Virus record (IMG/VR): IMGVR_UViG_3300047297_000301
Location: 1-64,000 of that record
DNA length: 64,000 bases
Direction: 5' to 3' (one strand)
From: a virus
Part shown: positions 54,845 to 64,000 of the stretch, one piece after another
Layout: each line of letters starts with the position of its first letter
Numbering within the stretch: the stretch's first letter is position 1
The notes under the pieces: model-generated
What the model was told of the DNA's origin: nothing
What the model saw: only the letters and a program-made list of their open reading frames with translations
Database searches by the model: none
Made by a program: the position numbers and the translations under genes

Positions 54845-55091
54845 GTACGGCTAGTCTCTTTTTTAGTTCTTGTAAGCCACCAACATATTCACCATCAAGG
54901 AAAATTTGTGGAACGCTGCGAGCGTTAGGCACTTTTTCAATTAAATCTTTTTTTGTATATGTACCAACACCAATCATACATTCTGTATACTCAATAGCGT
55001 ATGATGTTAGTAAACGTTTGGCTTCTTGGCAAGCAGGACAATTAGTTTGTGACCAAACTTCTGCTTTATTCCGATTCAATTTTGTCTGCAT
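54813..55091 (-). CDS. Glutaredoxin
   Basis: CPAC active site; SVPQIFLDGEYVGG. Confidence 0.88.
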   Translation of the reverse strand: MQTKLNRNKAEVWSQTNCPACQEAKRLLTSYAIEYTECMIGVGTYTKKDLIEKVPNARSVPQIFLDGEYVGGLQELKKRLAVHDNYKTTTMG

Positions 55092-56022
55092 GATTTTGAA
55101 ATTCCTTTAATACGTTTTCAATAGTATCTTCTGGCAACTCTAGGATATATGCAAGATACTCACGAATTTCTTCACTCATAGACATTTCTTTGTCTAAGAT
55201 TAGTGCGCTATCTGTATCACGCTTAATTACTTTGCGATCAATTAACTCTGAATCCTCGAGTTCGCCAAGTTCTTGCATATCGCCTTCAACTTGATAGATT
55301 GTATGATCGTAGTCAGTTTGAGGTTTAGGGTCGTGTACAGCTACTGTCTTACGAATAAGTTGTGGTAATTGTAGTTTACGCCACTCGTGAGTTAAAGACT
55401 CGGTATCCAGTATAACTACACCAGTATCCACATTATGACGATGAAAACTAGTAGTAACGGGACTGCCAGGATAAATGATATTTTTCTGACAGTTTTCATA
55501 GCTGTGTAAGTCACCTGCTAAAACAACATCATAACTAGCAAATAACTCTAGATCCATTTCAGGTTTTACGTGTGGAGGGATCTCTCCTCGAACGTGTGTA
55601 AAGCAAATGTTTCCACGAATTTGGAAAGGATTCTTTTCAAATTCTTTTAATTTATTATATGGTATAAAATCCATATTTTCCACTTTACAGTAGTCATCAA
55701 TAATTTCTACTTGTGGATTTAGGCGATTGGTTACTTGTTTTAGGTTAGTAAGGAAAGTTGTATCCTTTTTAACTGCTTCATGATTTCCTGCATAAATAAT
55801 AGTAGGAATCTTGCATGAATTAACCAAATCAAAATATGTTTCTAATTCTTCCATGTTAGGAAGCTTGTCAAAAACATCTCCGCCAATAACAAAAAGATCA
55901 CATTCTGTTTGCATATCTTCTAGTTGTTGCCAAAGCATATTAAACCTATTTTTAGCCCATTCAATAGGTACGTTCTTCTGACCCAATTTAATATGGACGT
56001 CAGCTGTAAATAATACTTTCAT
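55066..56022 (-). CDS. D12: SbcD/Mre11-like nuclease (T5 D12)
   Basis: ADVHIKLG, GGDVFD, GNHE, GDLH, YPGSP. Confidence 0.93.
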   Translation of the reverse strand: MKVLFTADVHIKLGQKNVPIEWAKNRFNMLWQQLEDMQTECDLFVIGGDVFDKLPNMEELETYFDLVNSCKIPTIIYAGNHEAVKKDTTFLTNLKQVTNRLNPQVEIIDDYCKVENMDFIPYNKLKEFEKNPFQIRGNICFTHVRGEIPPHVKPEMDLELFASYDVVLAGDLHSYENCQKNIIYPGSPVTTSFHRHNVDTGVVILDTESLTHEWRKLQLPQLIRKTVAVHDPKPQTDYDHTIYQVEGDMQELGELEDSELIDRKVIKRDTDSALILDKEMSMSEEIREYLAYILELPEDTIENVLKEFQNHADKIESE

Positions 56023-56038
56023 AGTGCCTTATGAGACA

Positions 56039-56072
56039 GAAAAGCCCGCTAAGCATTTCGTTTAGCGGGCTT
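56039..56072 (-). terminator. Intrinsic terminator after D11
   Basis: Minus strand AAGCCCGCTAA-..-TTAGCGGGCTTTT. Confidence 0.8.
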
Positions 56073-56079
56073 AAGTTTT

Positions 56080-56718
56080 TTAACCAAGTTCTTTGACTGC
56101 TTCTTGCTCAGAAGTTTCGGCTTCGCCGTCTTCTGCGTTGGTAGTAATTTTCTCCAACAAGGCTTTTACATCTGCTTCTGTAGGACGAGGAAATTTCTCA
56201 TCAATGTTTTTAGCAGCATCTGCCAAGGCACGCTCTTCAGTAGTTAGTGGGCGGGCTTTGCAACGCAAAACTTGTAGGGTATATTCAACATTAAAAGGCA
56301 GAGGGCCTGTCTTTACACGCTTGAATACAACATCCCAACCTGTATCATGGTCAGTGGGGTCTCCTAAATCTTCAGCCGCTGTAACAATTTGCTCAAACAA
56401 CTTCTTTTTCAAGTTAAGTGCAACAACTTTTTGCGACTTAGGGTCAATACAATTTACAGAATAACTCCAAGAGCATTTTGCTTCTGGAAAGTATTCGTTA
56501 ACATGATCTTTCTCAATGTTGTCAAACTTCTCCTTTTCACGACTAAACGCTAAACATTCAACTGGAATATCTTTGTTATTAGTGCCTTTCAGCCAATAAA
56601 TGTATCGTGGAAGAACTCCGCCAATTAAGCGGACTGTATTTTCGCCGTCTTTGTATTCGTAAGATTCGACTTTGTTTGATTGTGCTTTACCTTTGGTATT
56701 TTTAAAACTAAGTGCCAT
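56080..56718 (-). CDS. D11: ssDNA-binding protein (T5 D11-like)
   Basis: GENTVRLIGGVLPRYIYW, ECLAFSREKE.F, GWDVVFKRVKTGP..NVEY; acidic tail. Confidence 0.85.
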   Translation of the reverse strand: MALSFKNTKGKAQSNKVESYEYKDGENTVRLIGGVLPRYIYWLKGTNNKDIPVECLAFSREKEKFDNIEKDHVNEYFPEAKCSWSYSVNCIDPKSQKVVALNLKKKLFEQIVTAAEDLGDPTDHDTGWDVVFKRVKTGPLPFNVEYTLQVLRCKARPLTTEERALADAAKNIDEKFPRPTEADVKALLEKITTNAEDGEAETSEQEAVKELG

Positions 56719-56722
56719 TTTT

Positions 56723-57106
56723 TTATTTTTCCTCGTATTTGAAGTGAATTTTGTTTTCTGTTATTTTTAGTAGCGGATTTGATTTTAGTGCGTTTAAGTC
56801 AATATCTGAATAAAAAGATAGGTCTAGATATGTGTAACCGTAATGCTTATATATGGCGTAATTTCTACGCCCCGCTAATCTTATGTATTGTGCTTTATGT
56901 ACAATATCTGTGCTGGTATCAGTAAATAAACGAGCAGGGTTTATTAGAAAACTATTACCCTTTAAGTTAAAAATCGGTTTGATTTTACTGTATTGGTTTT
57001 TAGGAATAGATTTTCTAATAAAATGCAATCTTAAAATTTCAACTAATTTTGTAGAGTCACATTGTGTTTCGGACTCAAGCAATCCAAGGTTGAAGAAAAG
57101 GGTCAT
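56723..57106 (-). CDS. Conserved T5-like hypothetical protein
   Basis: G.SFLINP; YIRLAGRRNY..Y; SNPLL.I....I.F; synteny. Confidence 0.75.
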   Translation of the reverse strand: MTLFFNLGLLESETQCDSTKLVEILRLHFIRKSIPKNQYSKIKPIFNLKGNSFLINPARLFTDTSTDIVHKAQYIRLAGRRNYAIYKHYGYTYLDLSFYSDIDLNALKSNPLLKITENKIHFKYEEK

Positions 57107-57125
57107 ATACTGAAACTTAATAAAT

Positions 57126-57154
57126 ATTATACCATTTTAGATATCATTTGACAA
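57126..57154 (-). promoter_or_regulatory. sigma70 promoter upstream of D11 unit
   Basis: Minus strand TTGTCA-N17-TATAAT, extended TG. Confidence 0.8.
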
Positions 57155-57166
57155 GTGAAATTTTAT

Positions 57167-58459
57167 CTACGCTAATACTTTCCAGCCTTTGCGGAGATAA
57201 AGCCCTAACCTATCTGTATTTTGCTTCTTATCAGCGTATCCAGCAAATTGAATGTCTACTATAATTGGGTCTAGTTTACCGTCATGCATTCGCATAATCC
57301 TACCAGCAATTTGTTCTAGTAAACTATCGTTTGACATAGGAACTGCTAAAATTACGCAACTTAGGATGTTGATTGAAATTCCCTCTGAAAATATTTGCCT
57401 ACTACCAGCAATGCACATTTTTTCTTTGGCAAGGATTTGCTCTTTTGCTCGTTGTCTATCTTCAAAACTGGTTCCCCCAGTAACCAACAAACACGTTTCA
57501 CCGACATACTCTTTTACCTTTTCTAAGAATTCTACTCGATCAGCAATAACTAATACACTATGCCCATCAGCAATGTGCATTTTAGCTATATCTGAAATAA
57601 ACTGTCTGTATTTGTCATCTTGAGTAAGATCAGTAATCTTATCTACCCAAGTAGCATTTGGTTTAAGTGTAATTCCACTTTTAACCATGTGTATAGTAGG
57701 TGGTATAGTATTAGAAGCAGGTGGCTTTAGTACTGTTGTACCAAAATAATCTTTGAATAAGATATGTTTACCGTCTTTTCTGATCATAGTACCACTAAGA
57801 GCTATTCTATAACGTGCATGAAAAGCATCAATTGTTGCTGCAAATGTAGTCGCAGGACAGTGATGTGCTTCGTCTAAGATAACTGTTCCAAACTCTTTGG
57901 AAAGTTCAACAGTATGCTTAACTAAAGTCTGTATATTTGCAACTGTAATAAAATGATCTTCATAGTCTAAATCACCGCCGCCTATAATCCCGCACTCACA
58001 ACCAAATAGAGTTTCAACTTCCTCAACCCACTGATCTCGTAAGGCAGCAGTGTGAGTAATAACCAAGGTCTTCTGTCCAAACTTTCTAGCAAGATGTAAT
58101 GCCGTAAAAGTCTTTCCCCAACCTGGTAAAGCATTAATAAAACAAGTACCCTCTACTTCATTGTAGATTGTTTGTTGATCTTCATATAACTCAAATTTAG
58201 GGACAGGAAAAGGAGCAGGAACTAAAACTCGTTTATCTATTACTTCGTAATCTTTAGGAATTAAATCTAATCGACCTTGTGGAATAGAAAGAATACCCTT
58301 GATTAGCGACTTATAATTTTTTATTGTTTCGATACTAGCAAATTTCTTTGAGCCAGTATCTTTGTGTATTTTGTAGGTAAGAGACTTAATTACGTGTTTT
58401 GTATGTTCTACGCCTGGATTATCTAAGTATATTCTATTTGATATAACTGCTTTTGCCAC
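57167..58459 (-). CDS. D10: SF2 helicase (T5 D10)
   Basis: PGWGKT, DEAHH, LSGT, FSEGIS, QIAGRIMR; GGAG SD before GTG 58459. Confidence 0.92.
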   Translation of the reverse strand: MAKAVISNRIYLDNPGVEHTKHVIKSLTYKIHKDTGSKKFASIETIKNYKSLIKGILSIPQGRLDLIPKDYEVIDKRVLVPAPFPVPKFELYEDQQTIYNEVEGTCFINALPGWGKTFTALHLARKFGQKTLVITHTAALRDQWVEEVETLFGCECGIIGGGDLDYEDHFITVANIQTLVKHTVELSKEFGTVILDEAHHCPATTFAATIDAFHARYRIALSGTMIRKDGKHILFKDYFGTTVLKPPASNTIPPTIHMVKSGITLKPNATWVDKITDLTQDDKYRQFISDIAKMHIADGHSVLVIADRVEFLEKVKEYVGETCLLVTGGTSFEDRQRAKEQILAKEKMCIAGSRQIFSEGISINILSCVILAVPMSNDSLLEQIAGRIMRMHDGKLDPIIVDIQFAGYADKKQNTDRLGLYLRKGWKVLA

Positions 58460-58989
58460 TATACTAATCTCCAAGTATCTTTTTGTGGATACTCATAGTA
58501 TCCGTAGAATAGATAGCTATTATCCATATATAAAACTCCTGCATATTGATGGTAGCTTTCAGGCTGTATCATAGTTTTGAATCGGTGACTTACACCTTCT
58601 AATTCTAATACACACCCTATGCCATCCGCAGGTAAAACTTTAATAATCTTCTTTGTTGTTAGTTTGGCGCGCGTAGATTTTTTATGTTGAAAAACCTGTC
58701 CGTGGCTATCAATAAACCATGTTGTTGATTTTGCTAACTTAATAATATCTACAAGAAAGTATACTGCTGAACTTATAGGAAACAACGTTGCTTTACCTTG
58801 TAAAGCGAGTCTTCGTAAACCTAATGTGGGCTTATTGATGGACTTATCGTCTACAAACCTATAGTTTGTTGTGTGTTCAGCAGTATCCTTATCACTATAT
58901 TCTGATTTATAGTATACTATGCCATTATCTTGTTCAGGTTGTTTCTCACCCAGCCTGAACACGGGAAATACGATCTCCTGCAACTTCAT
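58459..58989 (-). CDS. Conserved T5-like hypothetical protein downstream of polymerase
   Basis: FPVFRL...DDK....TLG.RRL...FIDS.G; probable start MKLQEI. Confidence 0.75.
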   Translation of the reverse strand: MKLQEIVFPVFRLGEKQPEQDNGIVYYKSEYSDKDTAEHTTNYRFVDDKSINKPTLGLRRLALQGKATLFPISSAVYFLVDIIKLAKSTTWFIDSHGQVFQHKKSTRAKLTTKKIIKVLPADGIGCVLELEGVSHRFKTMIQPESYHQYAGVLYMDNSYLFYGYYEYPQKDTWRLV

Positions 58990-61237
58990 AGTAATCTTCC
59001 CAATCGCCAAAACTATAATCACTACCAATATCTTGGTCAACGCCAATAGGGAATCCAGGTATACCGCAACCCCAATCGTGCTGAGTATTACGCTTTAGTA
59101 TTTCACAATATTGATCTACGTGCTCTTCTTTAACCAATGCCACGATTGAGTCGTGGACAAGCATGAAGATTTTTGCGTCAATGTTTTTTGTTGCAATTTC
59201 GTTTGCAGTTCGCATAGCTCCAAGTAAGTTAACGTCACTTGCAAGCGACTGCACTTCTGCATTAATACCACTTCGTACTTCGTGGGCGGCAATTCCTTTG
59301 TCGCTGGAAAATACATTAGGAAGGCGTCTTTTTCTTCCAAAAAAGCTGTAAGTATATCCATTTTGTTCAATAAATGATTTTCTGGTATCTAACCACTGCT
59401 TTAGTTTGCTAAATTTCTTAAAGTATTGCTTAATATCTTCTCTGGCTCTGTCAACTGGATATTCTTCACCAGTAGCTTTAGATACAGTCTGAGATACTTT
59501 GTTAGCGCCTGAACCATACAAGATACCGAATGAAATAGCTTTAGCACTTTGACGCTTGCCGCCATACTTCTTTTTAACTTCTTCTACAGGACAGGTCAAA
59601 TCAAACACCATTTTAGCAATAGTTGAGTGAAAATCTCCGCCACTAGAGAATACTTCTTGTAAGTTCTTGTCGCCTGACAACACAGCTGCATAATACATTT
59701 CAGCTGTGGTCAAGTCTTGCGAAACGATCTTAAAACCCTCTGGAGCCTTGATGCAACCTTTGATAATAGGATTGTCGCGAGGTATTTGCTGAGCGTTGAA
59801 CTTCCCAGAACTACTAAGCCTACCGCTAGTAGTAAATATAAGATTAAAATTTGTACGTATGCGACCATCACGGTCAAGCTCTGGTAAAATCTTTGAAATA
59901 TAGGTGTTTTGGATTTTTCCAAGTTGTCGAACCTTTAAAATCGCCGCAGGGAGTGGGTGCTCTTCTGACAACTGGTCGAGTACCTCAGCATCTGTTGAGA
60001 TTGCACCTGTAGCAGTTTTCTTTCCAGTGGGGGATAAACCAAGATAGTCAAAAAGAACAACGCGTAACTGCATAACACTGTTGGGATTAAATATCTTTCC
60101 TGTATCCTGTTCAAAACGCTTAACAGCTTCAAAACCATATACCACCTGCTTAGCTTTCTCAATTTCTTCGTCAAGATACAAATTAGCTGCTGCCATTCGT
60201 TCTTGACTAATAGGGATTCCTACTTCTTCCATGTCCATTAAGAACAGTGTACCAGGAACAAGTATAGTTTCGTATACAAAACGTAATTTATCATTAGCCT
60301 GTACTATAGGCCAAAATTTCATAAATAAGTCGTATGTTACGGCAGTATCAATACTAGCATAACGACTAATAGTGTTAAAAGGAATAAGGTCATAAGTAAA
60401 GTCATCTTGCAAGACGCCATTCTTAGCACAGTATTCTTTTTTGAAGTCGTCTAACTCTGAGTCATAGTCACCATAGTCTGTATATTTAAGTGCAAGTGAC
60501 TTTAGACCATGTGAGTCAGTTTCGTCTAATACATAATGCATAACCATTGTATCATGTACTCGGCTACGATTAAATGTTAAACCTAAGTGATAGGCTAGCA
60601 TTTTATAGTCAAATTTCATGTTATGGAATACAATATAAAAAGTATTACAAATCTTTTGCAGTAATTCTATGCACTCTTCATCCATAGCATCACATAAAAT
60701 GTATCTGCCATGTTTAGATTTATAACTAATGGAAACACCAAGCACATATCCATCACGAGGATAAAGCCCAGTTGTTTCTGTGTCTAGTGCAACATAGCCT
60801 TGAGCATTTTCAAGAACTTCCAATAAGAACTCACGGGCTTCTTGAGTATTATCAATACCTTTGAAGTCACCTTCAGTTGCTGGACGTAGTGTGCCTTCCA
60901 TATATTTATGGATACGATCACAAGCACGTTGAAAGTCTGGTTTACCTTCTGGCTTAAAAGCTAACATTGCAGGATTTGAAATAGCAATAAACTTATCTGC
61001 AACTAATTGGCCAGCCATATTAGTTACTGATGTAATTTTAGCATATTCTTTAGCAGCTTCTGCACCTACAAGAATAACGTAGTCATAAGGCTCTAAGTCT
61101 ACTTCTAAGTCTACATCTTTTTTAAGTAGTTTAGTAATAGGAACTGAACTCATGTGGTAATGGTCAAAATCAAAGTTAAAGTATTCACGATACTTTGTAC
61201 GATTTGGGGCTTTGTCAATTAATGCAATTTTTTTCAT
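58946..61237 (-). CDS. DNA polymerase family A (T5-type)
   Basis: DTETTG ExoI, HNMKFD, YASID, TTSGRLSSS, DLTTAE, RQSAKAISFGILYG, VHDS. Confidence 0.96.
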   Translation of the reverse strand: MKKIALIDKAPNRTKYREYFNFDFDHYHMSSVPITKLLKKDVDLEVDLEPYDYVILVGAEAAKEYAKITSVTNMAGQLVADKFIAISNPAMLAFKPEGKPDFQRACDRIHKYMEGTLRPATEGDFKGIDNTQEAREFLLEVLENAQGYVALDTETTGLYPRDGYVLGVSISYKSKHGRYILCDAMDEECIELLQKICNTFYIVFHNMKFDYKMLAYHLGLTFNRSRVHDTMVMHYVLDETDSHGLKSLALKYTDYGDYDSELDDFKKEYCAKNGVLQDDFTYDLIPFNTISRYASIDTAVTYDLFMKFWPIVQANDKLRFVYETILVPGTLFLMDMEEVGIPISQERMAAANLYLDEEIEKAKQVVYGFEAVKRFEQDTGKIFNPNSVMQLRVVLFDYLGLSPTGKKTATGAISTDAEVLDQLSEEHPLPAAILKVRQLGKIQNTYISKILPELDRDGRIRTNFNLIFTTSGRLSSSGKFNAQQIPRDNPIIKGCIKAPEGFKIVSQDLTTAEMYYAAVLSGDKNLQEVFSSGGDFHSTIAKMVFDLTCPVEEVKKKYGGKRQSAKAISFGILYGSGANKVSQTVSKATGEEYPVDRAREDIKQYFKKFSKLKQWLDTRKSFIEQNGYTYSFFGRKRRLPNVFSSDKGIAAHEVRSGINAEVQSLASDVNLLGAMRTANEIATKNIDAKIFMLVHDSIVALVKEEHVDQYCEILKRNTQHDWGCGIPGFPIGVDQDIGSDYSFGDWEDYYEVAGDRISRVQAG

Positions 61238-61265
61238 TTTAATACTTTCTTATAGCGTATTGTGG

Positions 61266-62120
61266 CTATTTGGTTATATATTCGGCAATCGAACGAACTT
61301 TAAATACATCAAGCTCACCTGGATCTTTGTCATCAGGTAGTTTGATAATTTCTACAATAAAGTTCTCTGCTTCAATTAGAGGTTTTAGGGCTTTGGCAGC
61401 TTTATCGCCTGCCTCGTCACCATCAAATAAAAGATATATATGAGTAATACCTTGTGCTTTAAACGGCAAAAGTTTTTGTTTTGTGTCATTTTGTAATGTG
61501 TTTGTGCCAAAAGCACATACTACGTTTTCTAAACCTTTATCATAAAGATTTAGCATATCAAACACCCCTTCTACAATTACCATTGATTGATAACCGCTTG
61601 GAAGATGTGCAGGAAATACTGGCATACGAACACCGCTAGGGTAGTTAATATATCTTGGATTTCCGTTTGACAGAGTATGTCTACCAACAAACACTACTAT
61701 TTTACCAGTAATGTCTTTAACAGGAAATATAATTCTGTCTTGTAGTTTTTCAACTACGTTTGTGTAAAATGCTCCAAAGTATTTTAAAGTTTGGGGACTC
61801 ACTCCACGGAACTGCTTTAGGTAAGGAGTGTGCCCGTTAGGTAACTCTAGTCCTAAGTGGCTTGTTTTTAGCTCATTTAATTTTTCCTTGAGAGCCGCAA
61901 TCTTCATAGGTACAGGATTAGTAAAAACCCCATAATATTTAAATAAGTTTGTTTTAAAGCCACAACTAAAGCAATGAGCAACACCAGTAACTCGATCAAC
62001 ACGAAAACTAGGATTGGAATCCTCGTGATCTGGGTTTAAGCATTTAATAAGGTAGTCGCGGCCCGACACGCTAAATGTTAAACTGTTTTTATTAATTAGT
62101 TCTAGTACTGGATCGCTCAT
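61266..62120 (-). CDS. DNA primase
   Basis: CLNPDH...CFSC zinc finger; VEGVFD; FDGDEAG; DPGE. Confidence 0.93.
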   Translation of the reverse strand: MSDPVLELINKNSLTFSVSGRDYLIKCLNPDHEDSNPSFRVDRVTGVAHCFSCGFKTNLFKYYGVFTNPVPMKIAALKEKLNELKTSHLGLELPNGHTPYLKQFRGVSPQTLKYFGAFYTNVVEKLQDRIIFPVKDITGKIVVFVGRHTLSNGNPRYINYPSGVRMPVFPAHLPSGYQSMVIVEGVFDMLNLYDKGLENVVCAFGTNTLQNDTKQKLLPFKAQGITHIYLLFDGDEAGDKAAKALKPLIEAENFIVEIIKLPDDKDPGELDVFKVRSIAEYITK

Positions 62121-62121
62121 T

Positions 62122-63510
62122 TTAATTCCATGGTAAGTCAGCGTTTGTGTCGTCTTGTTTTAGATCTTGAGATTGTGTTTTCTTGCCAGCTTTTTTAACA
62201 ACTTCCTTAGCGGCAGGTTTATCCACTGACTGTGGGCTAATGCGTAAGGTATCCCAGTCGATCGGGCACGTAAATGCCATTTCCTTGCCCCCGCGAATCT
62301 TAGTGGTCTCAAACGAGATTGCATTAGTTTCTTTGTCATGCGCTTCCATTGTAAGGGCGATATCTGCTGCGTCCAAGATGCCCTTGGCAAATCGCGCCTC
62401 ACCACTTGCGTCGATTTGGTACGGAGATACAAGGACGATCTCGTACTTTCGCGCAAGGTTTTTGAGCTTTTTGGATATTTCAATTTGAGGTTTCCAGTCA
62501 TATTGATCCGTGCCTTCTAGTACAATTTGGTTAATGTAATCTACAACTACAACTTTTAGTTTATCGCCAAACTTTGCTTTGGCTTTACCAATATGCAGGT
62601 CAATACTGCTTAGGGTAAGATCACGATCGTCAACAATAATCATTTGATTATCTACTTTAAGTGTATGATTTCGTACTAGATGTTCTTCAAATTTAAATCT
62701 ATCTCTGTGACGCATAAATTCTGTAATAGTAGGATCAGCATCTTGGAACATTCCTGCTCGGGCTTTTACTACTCGAAGAACTTCATCGTCAGTTAGTTTG
62801 TGTTGTTTGAGATTCTGCAGGTTCACATTGGCTAAAATAGCCATGTTACGCTCCATTGTCTCTTGAGCCGTCATTTCTATTGAGAAGTAAATGCTGCTAT
62901 TACCAGATTCATACTGATTAACAAAGATATTACTACTAGTAATAGATTTGCCAGATCCACGCTTTCCTCCGACGAGGATGAGTTCCTGGCGAGCCACTCC
63001 GCCAAGCACAGCGTCAAAAGTATTATTAAGACCCAAATAAACACGTTCTTTCTCCAAATCATCAGGATGACGAAACATCATCATGTCAGCCATTGTAAAT
63101 ACTTTCTCACTGGTGTGAGTCTTTTCTTCGATTGTTAATGCTAGGCTTGCTAAGTTATCTTTTATTTCGTTTGAATCGTAAAGCGGTAGTTTGTCTACAA
63201 ATTTGTCTAATAATTTTACTGTTTCATTTTGTGTATACTGATCTATTAGCGCATCTAGCGCTACTTCAGCTGAAACGTCAGGCACCTCGGTTAACCGAAG
63301 GGTTGCTAACGTCTTGGACGCTGGACCCTCCCTTAAGGTTAGCTCAAGATCGTCAAATGACGGAACGGCACTGTATTTCTCGTAATACTTATTTATAGCA
63401 CCGTACAAGGAAGAGTACGCAGCGTCCAAAAATACTAACTTAAGTTTAGCCCAGATATCTAGGTTTCGCTCAGTTAGCAATTTATTTAAGACTACTGCTG
63501 ATGTATCCAA
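62122..63510 (-). CDS. D6: Replicative DnaB-like helicase (T5 D6)
   Basis: GKRGSGKS, SIEM, VVDYINQ, PYQID..GEARFAKGILDAAD. Confidence 0.92.
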   Translation of the reverse strand: MDTSAVVLNKLLTERNLDIWAKLKLVFLDAAYSSLYGAINKYYEKYSAVPSFDDLELTLREGPASKTLATLRLTEVPDVSAEVALDALIDQYTQNETVKLLDKFVDKLPLYDSNEIKDNLASLALTIEEKTHTSEKVFTMADMMMFRHPDDLEKERVYLGLNNTFDAVLGGVARQELILVGGKRGSGKSITSSNIFVNQYESGNSSIYFSIEMTAQETMERNMAILANVNLQNLKQHKLTDDEVLRVVKARAGMFQDADPTITEFMRHRDRFKFEEHLVRNHTLKVDNQMIIVDDRDLTLSSIDLHIGKAKAKFGDKLKVVVVDYINQIVLEGTDQYDWKPQIEISKKLKNLARKYEIVLVSPYQIDASGEARFAKGILDAADIALTMEAHDKETNAISFETTKIRGGKEMAFTCPIDWDTLRISPQSVDKPAAKEVVKKAGKKTQSQDLKQDDTNADLPWN

Positions 63511-63512
63511 GA

Positions 63513-63812
63513 TTACCCTACTTTCGATTCGTTATCAATAATAACTTGGTCAATAATTTCTGTGACTTTATAGAGAACAGACTCTCTTAATTTTTTAATA
63601 TCTTGTTGATAAGCAGTATCTTTGTCATATAGTAGACTCAACTGCTCATGCGTAATTAGTTGTTGTAATCCAAAATAGATATGGTCATATGCCATAGTCG
63701 ATTCAGGCATAATTTCTATTTGTACAGCTTTGCCATAGTTGTGAACGGCTTGTTTGACAACTTCTTCTATTGTAAAGGAGTCGTTGTCATGATATGTAAG
63801 TTTAACTTTCAT
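63513..63812 (-). CDS. Hypothetical protein
   Basis: Probable start MKVKLTY at 63812, downstream of the terminator. Confidence 0.7.
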   Translation of the reverse strand: MKVKLTYHDNDSFTIEEVVKQAVHNYGKAVQIEIMPESTMAYDHIYFGLQQLITHEQLSLLYDKDTAYQQDIKKLRESVLYKVTEIIDQVIIDNESKVG

Positions 63813-63829
63813 ACTCGACTCTCTAAAGT

Positions 63830-63864
63830 AAAAAAGGTCGGGAGCTCTTTGAAAACTCCCGACC
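63830..63864 (-). terminator. Intrinsic terminator after D5
   Basis: Minus strand GGTCGGGAG-..-CTCCCGACC-TTTTTT. Confidence 0.85.
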
Positions 63865-63884
63865 AATCGTTTTATAAAACTAGA

Positions 63885-64000
63885 TTAAGCAGCAGCTTTG
63901 GCTTCTGCTTTGGCTTTCTTAGCAGCACCATCATAGTCAGCAACTTTGATGCCACGACGTGTCAACAATGTACGAAGACCACGTTCTGTTTTGTCAACAG
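63885..64000 (-). CDS. D5: DNA-binding protein D5, C-terminus (5'-partial)
   Basis: VDKTERGLRTLLTRRGIKVADYDGAAKKAKAEAKAAA*; position upstream of D6 as in T5. Confidence 0.85.
   Translation of the reverse strand, partial: VDKTERGLRTLLTRRGIKVADYDGAAKKAKAEAKAAA

Noticed and set aside
63960-63997. TTGACA hexamers near the window end
   Set aside because: Inside D5 coding sequence with no correctly spaced -10.
1-64000. tRNA, rRNA, introns/inteins, stop-codon recoding, T5-type nick motif
   Set aside because: Intergenic gaps are short with no cloverleaf seen; pol, nrdJ and helicases are uninterrupted; standard code gives dense coding; no convincing recurring nick motif was picked out by eye.

Overview
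This 64 kb window is from a lytic T5-like (Demerecviridae-related) siphophage genome, AT-rich and read with the standard code. The + strand (1-44.2 kb) carries the late region. It starts with the end of a prohead protease that runs in frame into the major capsid protein, followed by T5-type head/tail completion genes, tail tube, frameshifted tail chaperones and tape measure. Next come a non-T5 (DUF1833 / NlpC-P60-gpI-gpJ) tail tip, a long tail fibre and a second ~15 kb fibre-like structural module. The arm ends with a heme oxygenase + PcyX-like bilin reductase pair, a spanin/GH19 lysis cassette with extra small membrane/secreted proteins, and phoH. The - strand (47.7-64 kb) carries the T5 replication block in T5 gene order (D5, D6 helicase, primase, PolA, D10-D15, dUTPase) plus a glutaredoxin and a class II RNR. 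Between the two convergent arms is a 3.5 kb island flanked by identical 37-bp terminators. It has two 84-bp promoter repeats and encodes a Gly-rich/coiled-coil protein with two in-frame starts, three collagen/BclA-like proteins that share modules, and a translationally coupled Dps. This island is the best candidate for an undescribed system. No tRNA, rRNA, CRISPR array, integrase or reverse transcriptase was recognised. Family assignments come from motif recognition by eye, not from database searches.
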